Assembly: GCA_963817955.1 (NCBI GenBank)
Contig: CAWFQK010000001.1
Span: forward strand, 32,001 to 96,000
Direction of reading: 5' to 3'
DNA from: an uncultured Gemmatimonadaceae bacterium
GTDB lineage: Bacteria; Gemmatimonadota; Gemmatimonadetes; Gemmatimonadales; Gemmatimonadaceae
Length of the DNA stretch: 64,000 bases
This document shows positions 36,742 to 46,778 of this stretch, one piece after another. Numbering within the stretch: position 1 is the first letter of the stretch; each line of letters starts with the position of its first letter. The position numbers and the translations under genes are program-made. The notes under the pieces were generated by a model. The model saw only the letters and a list, made by a program, of their open reading frames with translations. It had not been told where the DNA came from and did not search any database.

Positions 36742-39700
36742 TGGCGGAGCGGGGCCCGTCCGGCGCACCGGAAGATTTGCCCACACCAGGCAAACACGAC
36801 CGGAATCGCGTCGTGGCCCCTCACCAGAATCCGGAGGCGCTGCACTGGACGCGCGGCATCGTCGTGGGCGTGTCCATGATTGCAGGGTTCATTCTGCTCG
36901 CGATGGGCGTCGTGCTCGTGCTCACCGGTACCGATTGGGGCCGCGAACGCATGCGGCGATTGGCACAGAATAGCCTCAACAGCTATCTCCACGGAACGAC
37001 CAGAATAGGCCGCCTCTCGGGCAACTTGCTCGTCGGCGTGACCGTACACGACTTCGTGATCACGGACAGCGCCGGCAAGCCGTTCATCGCGATCGAGTCG
37101 TTCAGGGCGAACTATTCGATCATGGGGTTGCTACGGAAGCGCGTGTGGATCGATGGTGCGGTGGCCGTACGCCCCCTGGTGGTACTCGACCGACCGGAGG
37201 GCCAGCCGTGGAATTGGCAACGCATCTTCGCGCGCATCACGGCACCAAAGCCACCGACGCAGCGGCCAGGATGGGGCGACTGGATCCGATTCACCAATGC
37301 GACGGTGGTCGACGGTGAGCTCATCGTCCGGACCCCGTGGCGCCCAAGCGAACGTCTCTCGGCGACAGCTCGTGACAGCGTGATTCGCGATGTGCTCGGC
37401 GGCGGCTCGCGGCTTCTGGTGCACCGCGTCACCGGAGGGTTCGAGAAGGTTGTGCAACTCGATTCCATCACGGGGACCATCCCGTTGCTGCGTCTTTCGC
37501 AGCCCGGGCTGAAGGACCGACTGCTCGAGATATCCGCGCTGACCATGACGGCGTACCCGTTCCGTCCGCCTGCCGCGAACGTGCGCGACATGAAGGCCGT
37601 GATTTCCTTCAACAACGACTCGGCGTGGTGGCATGGCGCCTACGTCGCCCTGCCGCAGTCGCGCGCCACCGGCGATGGCAGTTACGCGTTTGCCAGCGGT
37701 GACATGACCTTGACGGTGCACAGCGATCCGGCAGACCTCGGCGACATGCGCTGGGTGTATCCGCGTCTCCTGGCCAATGGTCGCGGCAAGTTCGATTTGC
37801 GGCTCGAGTGGCGCGGAGCCCTCCAGGATTATCAGTTCGCGAACGCCGACATCACCATGGGCCCGTCGCATGTGACGGGTACGTTCGGCATCATGCTCGG
37901 CGACACGATCACCATCCACGACGCCGACCTCCGGTTCGCGGGGCTCGACACGCGAACGCTCGAGCAGCTCATTCCGCACTTTTCGTCGCCCCGCCGCGGC
38001 ACGTTCGCGGGCCACGGGATCGTGCACGGTGGACGGCACGCGCTCGCCGTGAACGGCGATGTGCGTTTCGACGACCAGCGAGCCGGACCGAGCCGTGTCA
38101 TCGCCAACGGCGAGATTGGGTTTCTCGACCAGGGCGGTATTCGCGCGCGCAATCTTCGCTTGCAACTTCTGCCCGTGCAGGTGGACATGGCGCGCACCTG
38201 GATGCCGACGCTGCCGATCAGCGGCGTGGTGTCCGGCGCCGCCACCATCAACGGATCCACCACGACACAACTCGACGTAGCGGCAAACGTGGAGCACCTG
38301 GATCGCGGGGCACGATCCGCACTGGACGGCACGGCGTCAATCCGACTCACCGGTGCCAAGTACTTCGACGTGAACGTCGTCGCTCGGCCAGTGTCGCTGG
38401 TGGAAGTGGGACGATTCGTTCCAGCAGTGGGACTGCAGGGCAACGCGGCTGGACCCGCGCACATTTCGGGGACACTCACCAACCTGCGAGTCGTTGCCAC
38501 GCTCGCACTGCCGGAAGGCGGCCGGTTCGAGACTCGGGGAACGCTCGATCTGGCGAGCCGCGACAAGAGCTACGATTTGACGTCGCGGCTGTACACCGTG
38601 AATCTCCGAACGATCGACGGGAAGGCGCCGGTCACGTCGCTCACCGCGCTCACCACGGTACGCGGCCGCGGCACTCAGCTCGCCACCATGCGCACCGTCA
38701 TCGCCGCCGATCTTTCCACCTCGCGCTGGGATACCGTCGCCGTGGATACCGCCTCCGTGCGCGTGACACTGGCGAACGGGCTTGCGGACGTGCAGCGGCT
38801 GTCCGCCGTCGGCGCACACACCACGGTATCAGCATCGGGAAGCTTCGGGTTGACCCGCGAGCGCAGCGGTCAGCTCACCTATCGCCTCCGTATGGATTCG
38901 CTTGGCGCCTTCAACCGGTGGCTGCCGCGTCTCACGGGAGCCCCGCCGCCCGTGGCGCCACGGCCAATGGTCGTCGCGCGCGCACTCCAGCAGGCCAGGG
39001 CCGACTCCATACGCGTCGCACGCGCCACGGAGATGGGGCGGTTATTGAGCGGCGCACCGGGTCCGCGCCTCGTCGTGCATGCGCCGCAGCCAGTGCCGGC
39101 GGATACCCTCGCGGGATCGATGTACGCGTCGGGTACGCTCAGCGGCAATCTCTACGACTTCGACCTCCGCGGGCGCGCGGGCGGTGACAACGTGGTAGCG
39201 CGCGGAAACTTCATCCGCCACTTCCAGAGCGAATACATCTGGCGCCACGCGCGCACATCTGCTTCGACGCTCGCCGTCGGCCTCGACGCCGACAGCGTCA
39301 GTGCCATGGGGTTTGCGTTCGACACGCTGAACGCGAGACTCACGTACAACTCTCCCGGCGGGCACATGGAGCTCGCCGTGACGCAAGGTGGCAACCGACA
39401 GTACGGAGCGAACGGCGACTACGCGTTCTATCCCGACTACAAGGAATTGCGTTTCGTGGACATGACCTTCCGCTTCGACACGGCCTTGTGGTCCATGCCG
39501 CACCCCGGACTCATCCGGTGGGGAGGGCCTGGCATTCGCGTCACCAATTTCGAGCTGCGCAATCGCGGGAATGGCCGAGTGTACGCGAACGGGTTGCTTC
39601 CGACGACCGGCGTGGCGGATTTCGTTTTCGACGTGGACAACCTGCCCGTCGCCAACATCGTCGACCTCACACAGAGCGACGTCGAGCTGACCGGCACGAT

Positions 39701-41396
39701 GACGCTGCACGGCCAAATGAGCGGCACGTTGAGCGCTCCGTCGTTCAGCGGCGCGTTCGGGCTGGCGCAGGGCACGTACAATAAGGTGCTGGTACCCGAG
39801 CTCCATGGCCGGTTCGGATACGCCGATCGTCTGCTGGTCACGCATATCGACGCGCTTCACGGTAGCGGCCAGCCCATGACCACCATCGATGGACGCATTC
39901 CGATCAATCTCGCATTCACGGGCGTCACCGGCAGCCGTTTACTCCCCAATCCAATAGCGGTGGATCTTGCGGCGGACAGTCTACCGCTCGAGCTCATTCC
40001 GCAGATGACCAGTGTCGTCTCCGAACTTCATGGGCGGGCAGCGGGCAAGATGACGATGCGCGGGACCCTCGAGCGGCCATCACTCGTCGGCGCATTCACG
40101 TGGGCGCAGGGTTCGGTGAAAATCACGTCCACGGGCGCCATGATCGAGAGCGTCGGTGCCACGGTGCGAATGGCCAACGATACCGTCTATGTGGACTCGC
40201 TCGCGGGTTGGGCGAAAGGGCCGGTACGCGTGCGCGGCACGCTGGCAGTCGGCAATTGGCGTGAGCCGTCGTTCAACCTGTTTCTCGTGTCGCAGAACGC
40301 CGAGTTGATCGACAACGACTCGGCGCGCGTACGCATCGACGCCGGGCTCGCGCTGACTGGTCCGTACCGTTCGGCGTACTTGAGCGGAGCCGTCACGATC
40401 ACCCAAGGGGTGATCTACGCCCCCGAGCCGGAGGGACGGCACGTGATTGGCGCCGGCGATCCCGCGCTCTTCAATGTGCTCGATACGGCGACCGCAAGCG
40501 ACCGCCAGCTGTTCCCTCCGACGTCACCATTGCTCGCCAACTTGCGTGTACAGATCGCCCTGAACGTCAACCACGATACGTGGGTACGCAATCGCGAAAC
40601 GAACGTCGAGATCTACACAGACGATCCGATCACCGTGTACGACGAACAGCAGGCGCTCTCGCTGACCGGCGTCATCACGACTGATCGTGGCGAATACGAT
40701 TTCATGAGTAAACGCTTCCAGATAAAACGTGGCTCGGCAACGTTCATCGGCAATCCCGATATGAATCCCACCCTGCAAGTGACTGGCGAGTACCAGGTGC
40801 AGTTGGCGGCGCACGGCGCGGTCAACATTCGCGTGGTGATTGGCGGCACGCTCAGGCGGCCGAAGTTGTCGCTGGAGAGTGACGCTCAGCCGCCGCGGAC
40901 GCAGTCAGAGCTTCTCAGCCTGTTGGCCTTTGGACAGTCCAGCACGTCACTGTTGGCGTTCGGATCGACAAGCATTGCCGGAACGGCAGCGACCTCGGAT
41001 CTGTTCGGCGTGGGTGCGCAGTTCGCCGTGCGCCGCCTGGCCGGCGTCGCGCTCGGCGTAGCGGTTCAGCAAGTCGAGATACAAGCCGGCCGGACGTTCG
41101 GCACCGACGTGTTCGACATCACGCCTGCGGATGTGCCGACGACCAATGCGATCGGCAGTTTCCTCACGCAAACCAAGTTTGAGGCCGGCAAGTACATCAA
41201 CGGCCGCACCTTCGTGAGTGCGCAGGAGCAGGCCGGCCGTCTTGGCGTAGGCATCGAGCACCGCACCGCGGACGGCTGGCATATTCAGACAAGCATCGAG
41301 CCTCGCGTCGTGCTGCTCGAGCCAACATTGAGCAGCCAGCCGTTCCGGACGATGACGACGTACGGTGGGTACGTGATTCGGGAGTGGCGGTTTTAG
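36741..41396 (+). CDS. TamB-like translocation/assembly module protein
   Basis: N-terminal TM, long beta-rich body, C-terminal DUF490-like region (GTLRRPKLSLESD); coupled to the Omp85 gene. Confidence 0.85.
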   Translation: MAERGPSGAPEDLPTPGKHDRNRVVAPHQNPEALHWTRGIVVGVSMIAGFILLAMGVVLVLTGTDWGRERMRRLAQNSLNSYLHGTTRIGRLSGNLLVGVTVHDFVITDSAGKPFIAIESFRANYSIMGLLRKRVWIDGAVAVRPLVVLDRPEGQPWNWQRIFARITAPKPPTQRPGWGDWIRFTNATVVDGELIVRTPWRPSERLSATARDSVIRDVLGGGSRLLVHRVTGGFEKVVQLDSITGTIPLLRLSQPGLKDRLLEISALTMTAYPFRPPAANVRDMKAVISFNNDSAWWHGAYVALPQSRATGDGSYAFASGDMTLTVHSDPADLGDMRWVYPRLLANGRGKFDLRLEWRGALQDYQFANADITMGPSHVTGTFGIMLGDTITIHDADLRFAGLDTRTLEQLIPHFSSPRRGTFAGHGIVHGGRHALAVNGDVRFDDQRAGPSRVIANGEIGFLDQGGIRARNLRLQLLPVQVDMARTWMPTLPISGVVSGAATINGSTTTQLDVAANVEHLDRGARSALDGTASIRLTGAKYFDVNVVARPVSLVEVGRFVPAVGLQGNAAGPAHISGTLTNLRVVATLALPEGGRFETRGTLDLASRDKSYDLTSRLYTVNLRTIDGKAPVTSLTALTTVRGRGTQLATMRTVIAADLSTSRWDTVAVDTASVRVTLANGLADVQRLSAVGAHTTVSASGSFGLTRERSGQLTYRLRMDSLGAFNRWLPRLTGAPPPVAPRPMVVARALQQARADSIRVARATEMGRLLSGAPGPRLVVHAPQPVPADTLAGSMYASGTLSGNLYDFDLRGRAGGDNVVARGNFIRHFQSEYIWRHARTSASTLAVGLDADSVSAMGFAFDTLNARLTYNSPGGHMELAVTQGGNRQYGANGDYAFYPDYKELRFVDMTFRFDTALWSMPHPGLIRWGGPGIRVTNFELRNRGNGRVYANGLLPTTGVADFVFDVDNLPVANIVDLTQSDVELTGTMTLHGQMSGTLSAPSFSGAFGLAQGTYNKVLVPELHGRFGYADRLLVTHIDALHGSGQPMTTIDGRIPINLAFTGVTGSRLLPNPIAVDLAADSLPLELIPQMTSVVSELHGRAAGKMTMRGTLERPSLVGAFTWAQGSVKITSTGAMIESVGATVRMANDTVYVDSLAGWAKGPVRVRGTLAVGNWREPSFNLFLVSQNAELIDNDSARVRIDAGLALTGPYRSAYLSGAVTITQGVIYAPEPEGRHVIGAGDPALFNVLDTATASDRQLFPPTSPLLANLRVQIALNVNHDTWVRNRETNVEIYTDDPITVYDEQQALSLTGVITTDRGEYDFMSKRFQIKRGSATFIGNPDMNPTLQVTGEYQVQLAAHGAVNIRVVIGGTLRRPKLSLESDAQPPRTQSELLSLLAFGQSSTSLLAFGSTSIAGTAATSDLFGVGAQFAVRRLAGVALGVAVQQVEIQAGRTFGTDVFDITPADVPTTNAIGSFLTQTKFEAGKYINGRTFVSAQEQAGRLGVGIEHRTADGWHIQTSIEPRVVLLEPTLSSQPFRTMTTYGGYVIREWRF

Positions 41397-41397
41397 C

Positions 41398-41487
41398 GGG
41401 ACACGGGACACGGGACACGAGACACGAGACACGAGAAACTCACCACTCACAACTCACAACTGGAAACTCGAACCTCGCCGACCGGCG
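41398..41487 (+). repeat. dispersed heptamer repeat, copy C (partial)
   Basis: GGGACAC x3, GAGACAC x2, GAGAAAC TCACCAC TCACAAC TCACAAC TGGAAAC TCGAACC TCGCCGACCGGCG. Confidence 0.9.
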
Positions 41488-41615
41488 ATAGTGGCCTGCG
41501 AGCCAGGCGCCCTGGTGCGCATGACCCGTATACTGACAACTGACAACTGACAACTGGCAACTGATCACGGTACCCGCGACGGCCTGTCCTCCTGAGCGAA
41601 GGACCTGGGTGATCG

Positions 41616-41742
41616 GATTGGACTCCGGGTATTGACCGGCTGGTTGTCGCTGGCTGCTCCGTAGCGGTCAGCCCACCGGTCGGCGAGTTTCGAGTTTCCA
41701 GTTGTGAGTCGTGCGTTGTGAGTTCCCCGTGTCTCGTGTCCC
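41616..41742 (-). repeat. dispersed ~130-bp repeat, copy B
   Basis: Reverse complement aligns with 31654-31795; inverted relative to copy C. Confidence 0.85.
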
Positions 41743-41746
41743 GCCC

Positions 41747-42940
41747 TCAGTCCGCCGCGACGGTACCGAAATCGAACCCGGGTACCGAAATCCGTTCGAT
41801 TGGCTGACCGATGATTCGCTCGATCTGGCGGACCATCGCGATCTCGTCGGGTGACATGAAGGTGAACGCATCGCCTTCCTTTGCTGCACGACCGGTGCGG
41901 CCGATGCGGTGCACGTAATCCTCGGCCTGCTGCGGCACATCGTAGTTCACGACGTGCGTGATGCCGGAGATGTCGAGCCCGCGCTGCGCGATGTCGGTGG
42001 CGACGAGTACGCGCACCTTGCCCTGCCGAAAGTCCTCGAGTGCGCGCGTGCGCTGCGGTTGCGTCTTGTCGGCGTGCATCGCGGTGGCCGCGATGTTCTC
42101 ACGCTCGAGATGCCGCACGACGCGATCGGCGCCATGCTTGGTGCGCGTGAACACGAGCACCGAGTCCACCTTCTCGTCGCGTAGCAGCTGCGCCAGGAGT
42201 GCGCTCTTGCGCTCGCGCGGCACGGGATACACCGCATGCGTCACCGTGCTCGCCGCGCCCGAACGACGCCCAACCTGCACCACCACGGGCTTGCGCAGGT
42301 ACTTGCGAGCCAGCGCCTCGACTTCCGGCGGCATGGTGGCGCTGAACAATAGTGTCTGCCGGTACTTCGGAACTTCGGCGACGATGCGGTTGATCTGCGG
42401 CGCGAAGCCCATGTCGAGCATGCGATCCGCTTCGTCGAGCACGAGCACTTCGAGGTCGTCGAACACGACGTTCTGGCGCTCGAGGTGATCGATCAGGCGG
42501 CCCGGCGTCGCCACGACAATGTCCACCCCAGCACGCAGCTTTCTCTGCTGCGGATCGAGGGGCACTCCGCCGTACACAGATACCACCGTCAGATCAGAGT
42601 GTCTGGCGTACTTCTGCACGCTCTCTTCCACCTGCACGCACAACTCGCGTGTCGGTGTGAGCACCAACGCCCTCGTGCGGCGCGGACCGTCGATGAGTCG
42701 ATCGACGATTGGAAGGGTGAACGCGGCCGTCTTGCCGGTGCCGGTTTGCGCGAGTCCCATGACATCGCGCCCCTTGAGGATCAGGGGGATTGCTTCGGCC
42801 TGAATCGGCGTCGGCGTCAGGTAGCCTGCGTCCTTTACTGCCTCGAGCGCTCCCGCTGAAAGACCGATTTCTAAAAACGTGGGAACGTGTGCGGCTTCAC
42901 TGATGTCCTGCAGTCCTACAACAATCGTCTCGGTAACCAT
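41747..42940 (-). CDS. DEAD-box RNA helicase (RhlE-like)
   Basis: PTPIQ, AQTGTGKT, PTREL, DEAD, SAT, HRIGRTGR. Start is 42940 or 42949. Confidence 0.95.
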   Translation of the reverse strand: MVTETIVVGLQDISEAAHVPTFLEIGLSAGALEAVKDAGYLTPTPIQAEAIPLILKGRDVMGLAQTGTGKTAAFTLPIVDRLIDGPRRTRALVLTPTRELCVQVEESVQKYARHSDLTVVSVYGGVPLDPQQRKLRAGVDIVVATPGRLIDHLERQNVVFDDLEVLVLDEADRMLDMGFAPQINRIVAEVPKYRQTLLFSATMPPEVEALARKYLRKPVVVQVGRRSGAASTVTHAVYPVPRERKSALLAQLLRDEKVDSVLVFTRTKHGADRVVRHLERENIAATAMHADKTQPQRTRALEDFRQGKVRVLVATDIAQRGLDISGITHVVNYDVPQQAEDYVHRIGRTGRAAKEGDAFTFMSPDEIAMVRQIERIIGQPIERISVPGFDFGTVAAD

Positions 42941-43199
42941 GATGTCCATCGCTGCGCACCGGGGCCGCCACCCAGGACCATCCCGGGACCGGTGTCTCTC
43001 GAAGTGCCGGTGAGCAGAGGGCGCACCGGCCAAATCAGCGAAGCATCCGGCTTCGCTTACGCGAGGGGCGTTGCGGCCCACGCACCAATTTTGATGCGCG
43101 CCGTCCCCCACGGCTGCGACCGTCCTGGCATCGCCGATCCACTCCTGGCAACCCTGCCGCAGCTGATCATGTAAATCTAACTCATTGTGGCACTTAGCG

Positions 43200-44069
43200 C
43201 TACCGAACGAAGTCACCCACAGCAGCGTACACATCGTCGGGAAATTCTTCGTGCGCGCAGTGCCCGCCTTCCACTTGGAGCACCACGGCGTCGTGCAACC
43301 GGGTGGCTACACGCACTGGGGTACGTATCAGACGATCCTGTCGCCCAAGTATCACCAGGCTCGGGACCGCCAAGCCGGCGGCCTCTTTGTCTCCGACCGG
43401 GCTGAAGTCGAACTGCCGGAGCGTATCGCGAGCCGCGCGCACGTGCCCGGGGAGCTGAACCGGCGCCCAGTATTCGTCGATGTCGCGCGGCGTCACGCGG
43501 CGTGGGTCGCCATACGCGATCGTCTTGAGTATGGCGCCGATCATCCACCGCGGCACGAGCCGAGGACCAATCAGCTCAGTCATCTTCGGTGGCGCGACGC
43601 GCAGCAGCAGCACGAGAAAGGACAGCTCGCTGAGGCTCGTTGGATTGATCAATACGAGTTTGCGTACACGCTCCGGCCGCCGGAGCGCGTAGTGTAGGGA
43701 CACTCCACCGCCCATCGACTGACCAAGCAGATTCGCGCGCGGCAGCATGAGCGCGTCGAGCAATGCATCGAGATCCGCGCAGTACGACTCGAGGGAATAC
43801 GCATTGGGCCCGAGCGGCACGTCCGACAATCCGAACCCGCGCAGATCCACGGCAATCACGCGGATGGCATAGCGGGATAGCCGTGCGAACGCGTGCCGGT
43901 AGGTGTAGATCGACGCACCCCAACCATGCAGCAGCACGAGCGGCGTACCATTCGCCGGCCCCTGTTCGGCAATGCGGACACGCACGCCGGTGGACAGCGC
44001 CAGAAACCGCGTCGTGATGTGGGGTTCGTGCGCGGGGAAGATCGCGTCTGGCGGTAGCGGCTGTGACAC
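43200..44069 (-). CDS. alpha/beta fold hydrolase
   Basis: LLHGWG, DLRGFGLS, GQSMGG, GHCAHEE. Confidence 0.9.
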   Translation of the reverse strand: MSQPLPPDAIFPAHEPHITTRFLALSTGVRVRIAEQGPANGTPLVLLHGWGASIYTYRHAFARLSRYAIRVIAVDLRGFGLSDVPLGPNAYSLESYCADLDALLDALMLPRANLLGQSMGGGVSLHYALRRPERVRKLVLINPTSLSELSFLVLLLRVAPPKMTELIGPRLVPRWMIGAILKTIAYGDPRRVTPRDIDEYWAPVQLPGHVRAARDTLRQFDFSPVGDKEAAGLAVPSLVILGRQDRLIRTPVRVATRLHDAVVLQVEGGHCAHEEFPDDVYAAVGDFVR

Positions 44070-44074
44070 GGCGT

Positions 44075-45232
44075 TCAGACGATCTCGATCACCCTCCCAC
44101 TCAGCCGGCCGATGAGTCCGAGGCGGAACGTAGCGTCCGTCCAACGCTCGTCGCCGCTCGTGTGATCTTCGAGCGGATACATCGGCCAGAGAAACGGGTT
44201 CGGACTCTTGGGCGTGGTCAGGCCTTTGTGCGGATGCCACACGCCGTCGGCGTCGCGATCGTCGAGGAAGCGGTCATACAGCTTGCACCAATTCTCGTTC
44301 TTCTTGAGATAACCGAGGCGCGCCATCAGCTCCAGCCAGGCCATGGCGAGCACCACGTCTACGTCGGCTACACTGCGGTTCGCCAGCAGGTCGCCGAGCA
44401 CGAGGTGCGGCTGCGGAACGACGTTATTGCCGCACAGTTGCACGACTTCCTGGCGCGGCAGCGCTTGCGAGAGATGGTGGTACAGCAGCGCCATCGCGTC
44501 GTGATGCTCGGTTCGAAAAAGCGGCATGTACGCGAGCATGTGCAGCGCGTAGATCGAAGGCGGTGCGGCTTCGGGAGGCAGCACGTGCTGGTTGCCGACA
44601 CGCACGAATGGCTTGGCCGCGTGCGGCGAGCGCAGATAGGACGCGACACGCTCAACGATGCGGCGCGCCGCGCCCCGCAAACGCGGATCGCCCTCATAAC
44701 CAGCCTGGGCGAGCGTAGCGGCGGCTGCCTCGCGCAGAATGACCCGCGCCCGCCGTGAAGAATCATCGTCGGGCGCGAGCTTGCCGCCCAGCTCGAATAG
44801 GTACTCCGGATCATCGTCTTCCGCGAGCAGCCGGAACAGCACACGGCGCGCGTGCATGAGTGGCGGAGTGTTCTTGTCCCAGCCGTACTCGAGCAGTCGC
44901 CGCACCGCGTTGATGGTTCCGATCCCTTCGAAGTGCTCGCCACGCGCTGAGGGAAGCGTGAGCATCGTACGTCCCCAGGTGCCATCCACACCCTGCATCA
45001 GCGCCAACGTCAGCGCGGGGCGATGCGTAAATGGTAGAGATACCGTTTTGTCGGCAATAGCGGCGGGAAGCCTCGCGACCTCGACAATTGCCCGGTACTT
45101 GATCGGCGCTGCGGCATGTTCCATCAGCCAGGTCAGCGGAAATGCGATAGCCGGTGACGCCGGCGGCGCAGCCGGAGTCGGTGGCGGTGCGGTCGGAGTG
45201 GAACTGGCTGGTAACAGTGGCGGCAGGGTCAC
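44075..45232 (-). CDS. hypothetical protein, possibly an alpha-alpha toroid (prenyltransferase-like repeats)
   Basis: Long helical ORF containing QGVDGTW and RDADGVW motifs. Confidence 0.7.
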   Translation of the reverse strand: MTLPPLLPASSTPTAPPPTPAAPPASPAIAFPLTWLMEHAAAPIKYRAIVEVARLPAAIADKTVSLPFTHRPALTLALMQGVDGTWGRTMLTLPSARGEHFEGIGTINAVRRLLEYGWDKNTPPLMHARRVLFRLLAEDDDPEYLFELGGKLAPDDDSSRRARVILREAAAATLAQAGYEGDPRLRGAARRIVERVASYLRSPHAAKPFVRVGNQHVLPPEAAPPSIYALHMLAYMPLFRTEHHDAMALLYHHLSQALPRQEVVQLCGNNVVPQPHLVLGDLLANRSVADVDVVLAMAWLELMARLGYLKKNENWCKLYDRFLDDRDADGVWHPHKGLTTPKSPNPFLWPMYPLEDHTSGDERWTDATFRLGLIGRLSGRVIEIV

Positions 45233-45317
45233 TAGGCGCTCATTTCGGGCCTTAAAGTCCAGCGAAGTGTCTCGTTGGCAACAACGTCCTGCAGTTGGCC
45301 GCGTAAGAATATCAGTT

Positions 45318-45346
45318 TTGAGGCTTTGCGCTAGAGGGCGTATACT
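45318..45346 (+). promoter_or_regulatory. putative sigma70 promoter
   Basis: TTGAGG-17 bp-TATACT, upstream of the 45491 gene. Confidence 0.55.
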
Positions 45347-45490
45347 AAGTTGTTGCGTCCACGAAGTTTGCCGTTACGCGGGTCTTGGCGCGCCCGTAGC
45401 TGATGTCGCACTCCTGTGGTCATGGTGCCCAGGCAGGCGTCTGATGCGCGAACGGCTGTTGCACTTCACACTCCTTTGGGGGCACAAGCA

Positions 45491-45853
45491 ATGAACAAGA
45501 AGATCCGGATGGCAGTGATGGCAGCCGTGATGTTTACGGCGGTTGGGACGGTTGCTCAGGCGCAGGGCCGTGGTGGCCCGAATGTCGTTTCGATCCTCAA
45601 GGACTCGCTCAAGGTGTCCGACGCCGTTGCGGCGAAGGCCGACTCGATCATCAAGTCGTACGCGGCGCTGAATGCGCCGTTGATGGAAGCCATGCGCGGT
45701 GGCGATGCCGACGCGCGCGCCAAGATGACCGAGAACCGCGCCAAGCAGACCGAAGCCATCAAGGCGCTCCTCACAGACGAGCAGAAGGCAGCGTACGACA
45801 AGCTCATGCCCGCTCGTGGTGGCCGCCGCGGTGGTCCGCCGCCAACCCGCTAA
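45491..45853 (+). CDS. secreted helical protein with LTxxQ motif (Spy/CpxP-like)
   Basis: Signal peptide (TVAQA|Q) and LLTDEQKAAYD. Confidence 0.75.
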   Translation: MNKKIRMAVMAAVMFTAVGTVAQAQGRGGPNVVSILKDSLKVSDAVAAKADSIIKSYAALNAPLMEAMRGGDADARAKMTENRAKQTEAIKALLTDEQKAAYDKLMPARGGRRGGPPPTR

Positions 45854-45898
45854 GCAGACTGATCGCAGCACAGCACCGTACATCGTAGGGCAGTAACG

Positions 45899-45933
45899 AA
45901 CGCGGGCCGTCACCCTAAGTGACGGCCCGCGTT
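45899..45933 (+). terminator. intrinsic terminator hairpin
   Basis: AACGCGGGCCGTCAC-cctaa-GTGACGGCCCGCGTT, followed by AGTTT. Confidence 0.75.
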
Positions 45934-45947
45934 AGTTTCCACCACCA

Positions 45948-46775
45948 ATGCGCGGTGAATTCCTCGACCTTTCCGGTGCCAGGCTGTACTACTACGCGGC
46001 AGGCTCACGTGGCACCGGCGAGCCGGTGGTATTCATCCACGGATTCCCCACATCCAGCCACTTATGGGGCGACGTGGTGCCCCTCATGCCTCGCGGGCAC
46101 CGGCTGGTCGTACTCGATCTGCTTGGCTATGGCCGCAGCGACCGGCCGGCGCGCCACGCGGTGGATGTACGCGCCCACGCCATGCGCATGGTCGAGCTGC
46201 TCGACGAACTGCGGATACAACGTGCCTGCATGGTTGGGCACGGCATAGGCGGCGGTATCGCGCAGTCGCTGGCGATCCGGTACCCGGAGCGCGTGTCGCA
46301 CCTCGCACTCATCGACAGCGTCGCATTCGATGAATGGCCGACGCTCGAGGCCAGCGTCGCTCGCGCCACCCTGCCCGTGACCCGCTTTCTTCCAGCCGGC
46401 GTCATCACGCGCGTCCTGCGCCGTGACATGCAGCGCGGCTACAGCGATCCCGATCGCGCCGCGCGGTCGATCGATCTCTATCTTCGCCCCTTCGGGACTC
46501 CTGAAGGCCGAGATGCGCTCGTCTCACATGTCCGCGCCCTCACCAACCGCGAGACGCGCAAGCTCGGTCGTCAGCTCGGCAAGATCCACGCACCAACGGC
46601 GATCCTCTGGGCACAACACGATCGCGTGCTCCCGGTGGCCGTGGGCCGCCGCCTACAACGGGCGATCCCGCGCGCGACGCTCGAGGTGATTGCCGGCGCC
46701 AGGCATTTTCTACCGGAGGAAGCGCCGCGGCAGGTGGCGAATGGGATCGCGGCGTTGCTGGAGCGGAAGGAATAG
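45948..46775 (+). CDS. alpha/beta fold hydrolase
   Basis: FIHGFP, DLLGYGRS, HFLPEE; nucleophile elbow reads GHGIGG. Confidence 0.88.
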   Translation: MRGEFLDLSGARLYYYAAGSRGTGEPVVFIHGFPTSSHLWGDVVPLMPRGHRLVVLDLLGYGRSDRPARHAVDVRAHAMRMVELLDELRIQRACMVGHGIGGGIAQSLAIRYPERVSHLALIDSVAFDEWPTLEASVARATLPVTRFLPAGVITRVLRRDMQRGYSDPDRAARSIDLYLRPFGTPEGRDALVSHVRALTNRETRKLGRQLGKIHAPTAILWAQHDRVLPVAVGRRLQRAIPRATLEVIAGARHFLPEEAPRQVANGIAALLERKE

Positions 46776-46778
46776 CGC

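Noticed and set aside
42950..43195. N-terminal extension of the DEAD-box ORF, or an ncRNA
   Set aside because: The extension does not look like protein. Two short hairpins are present but match no RNA family I recognise.
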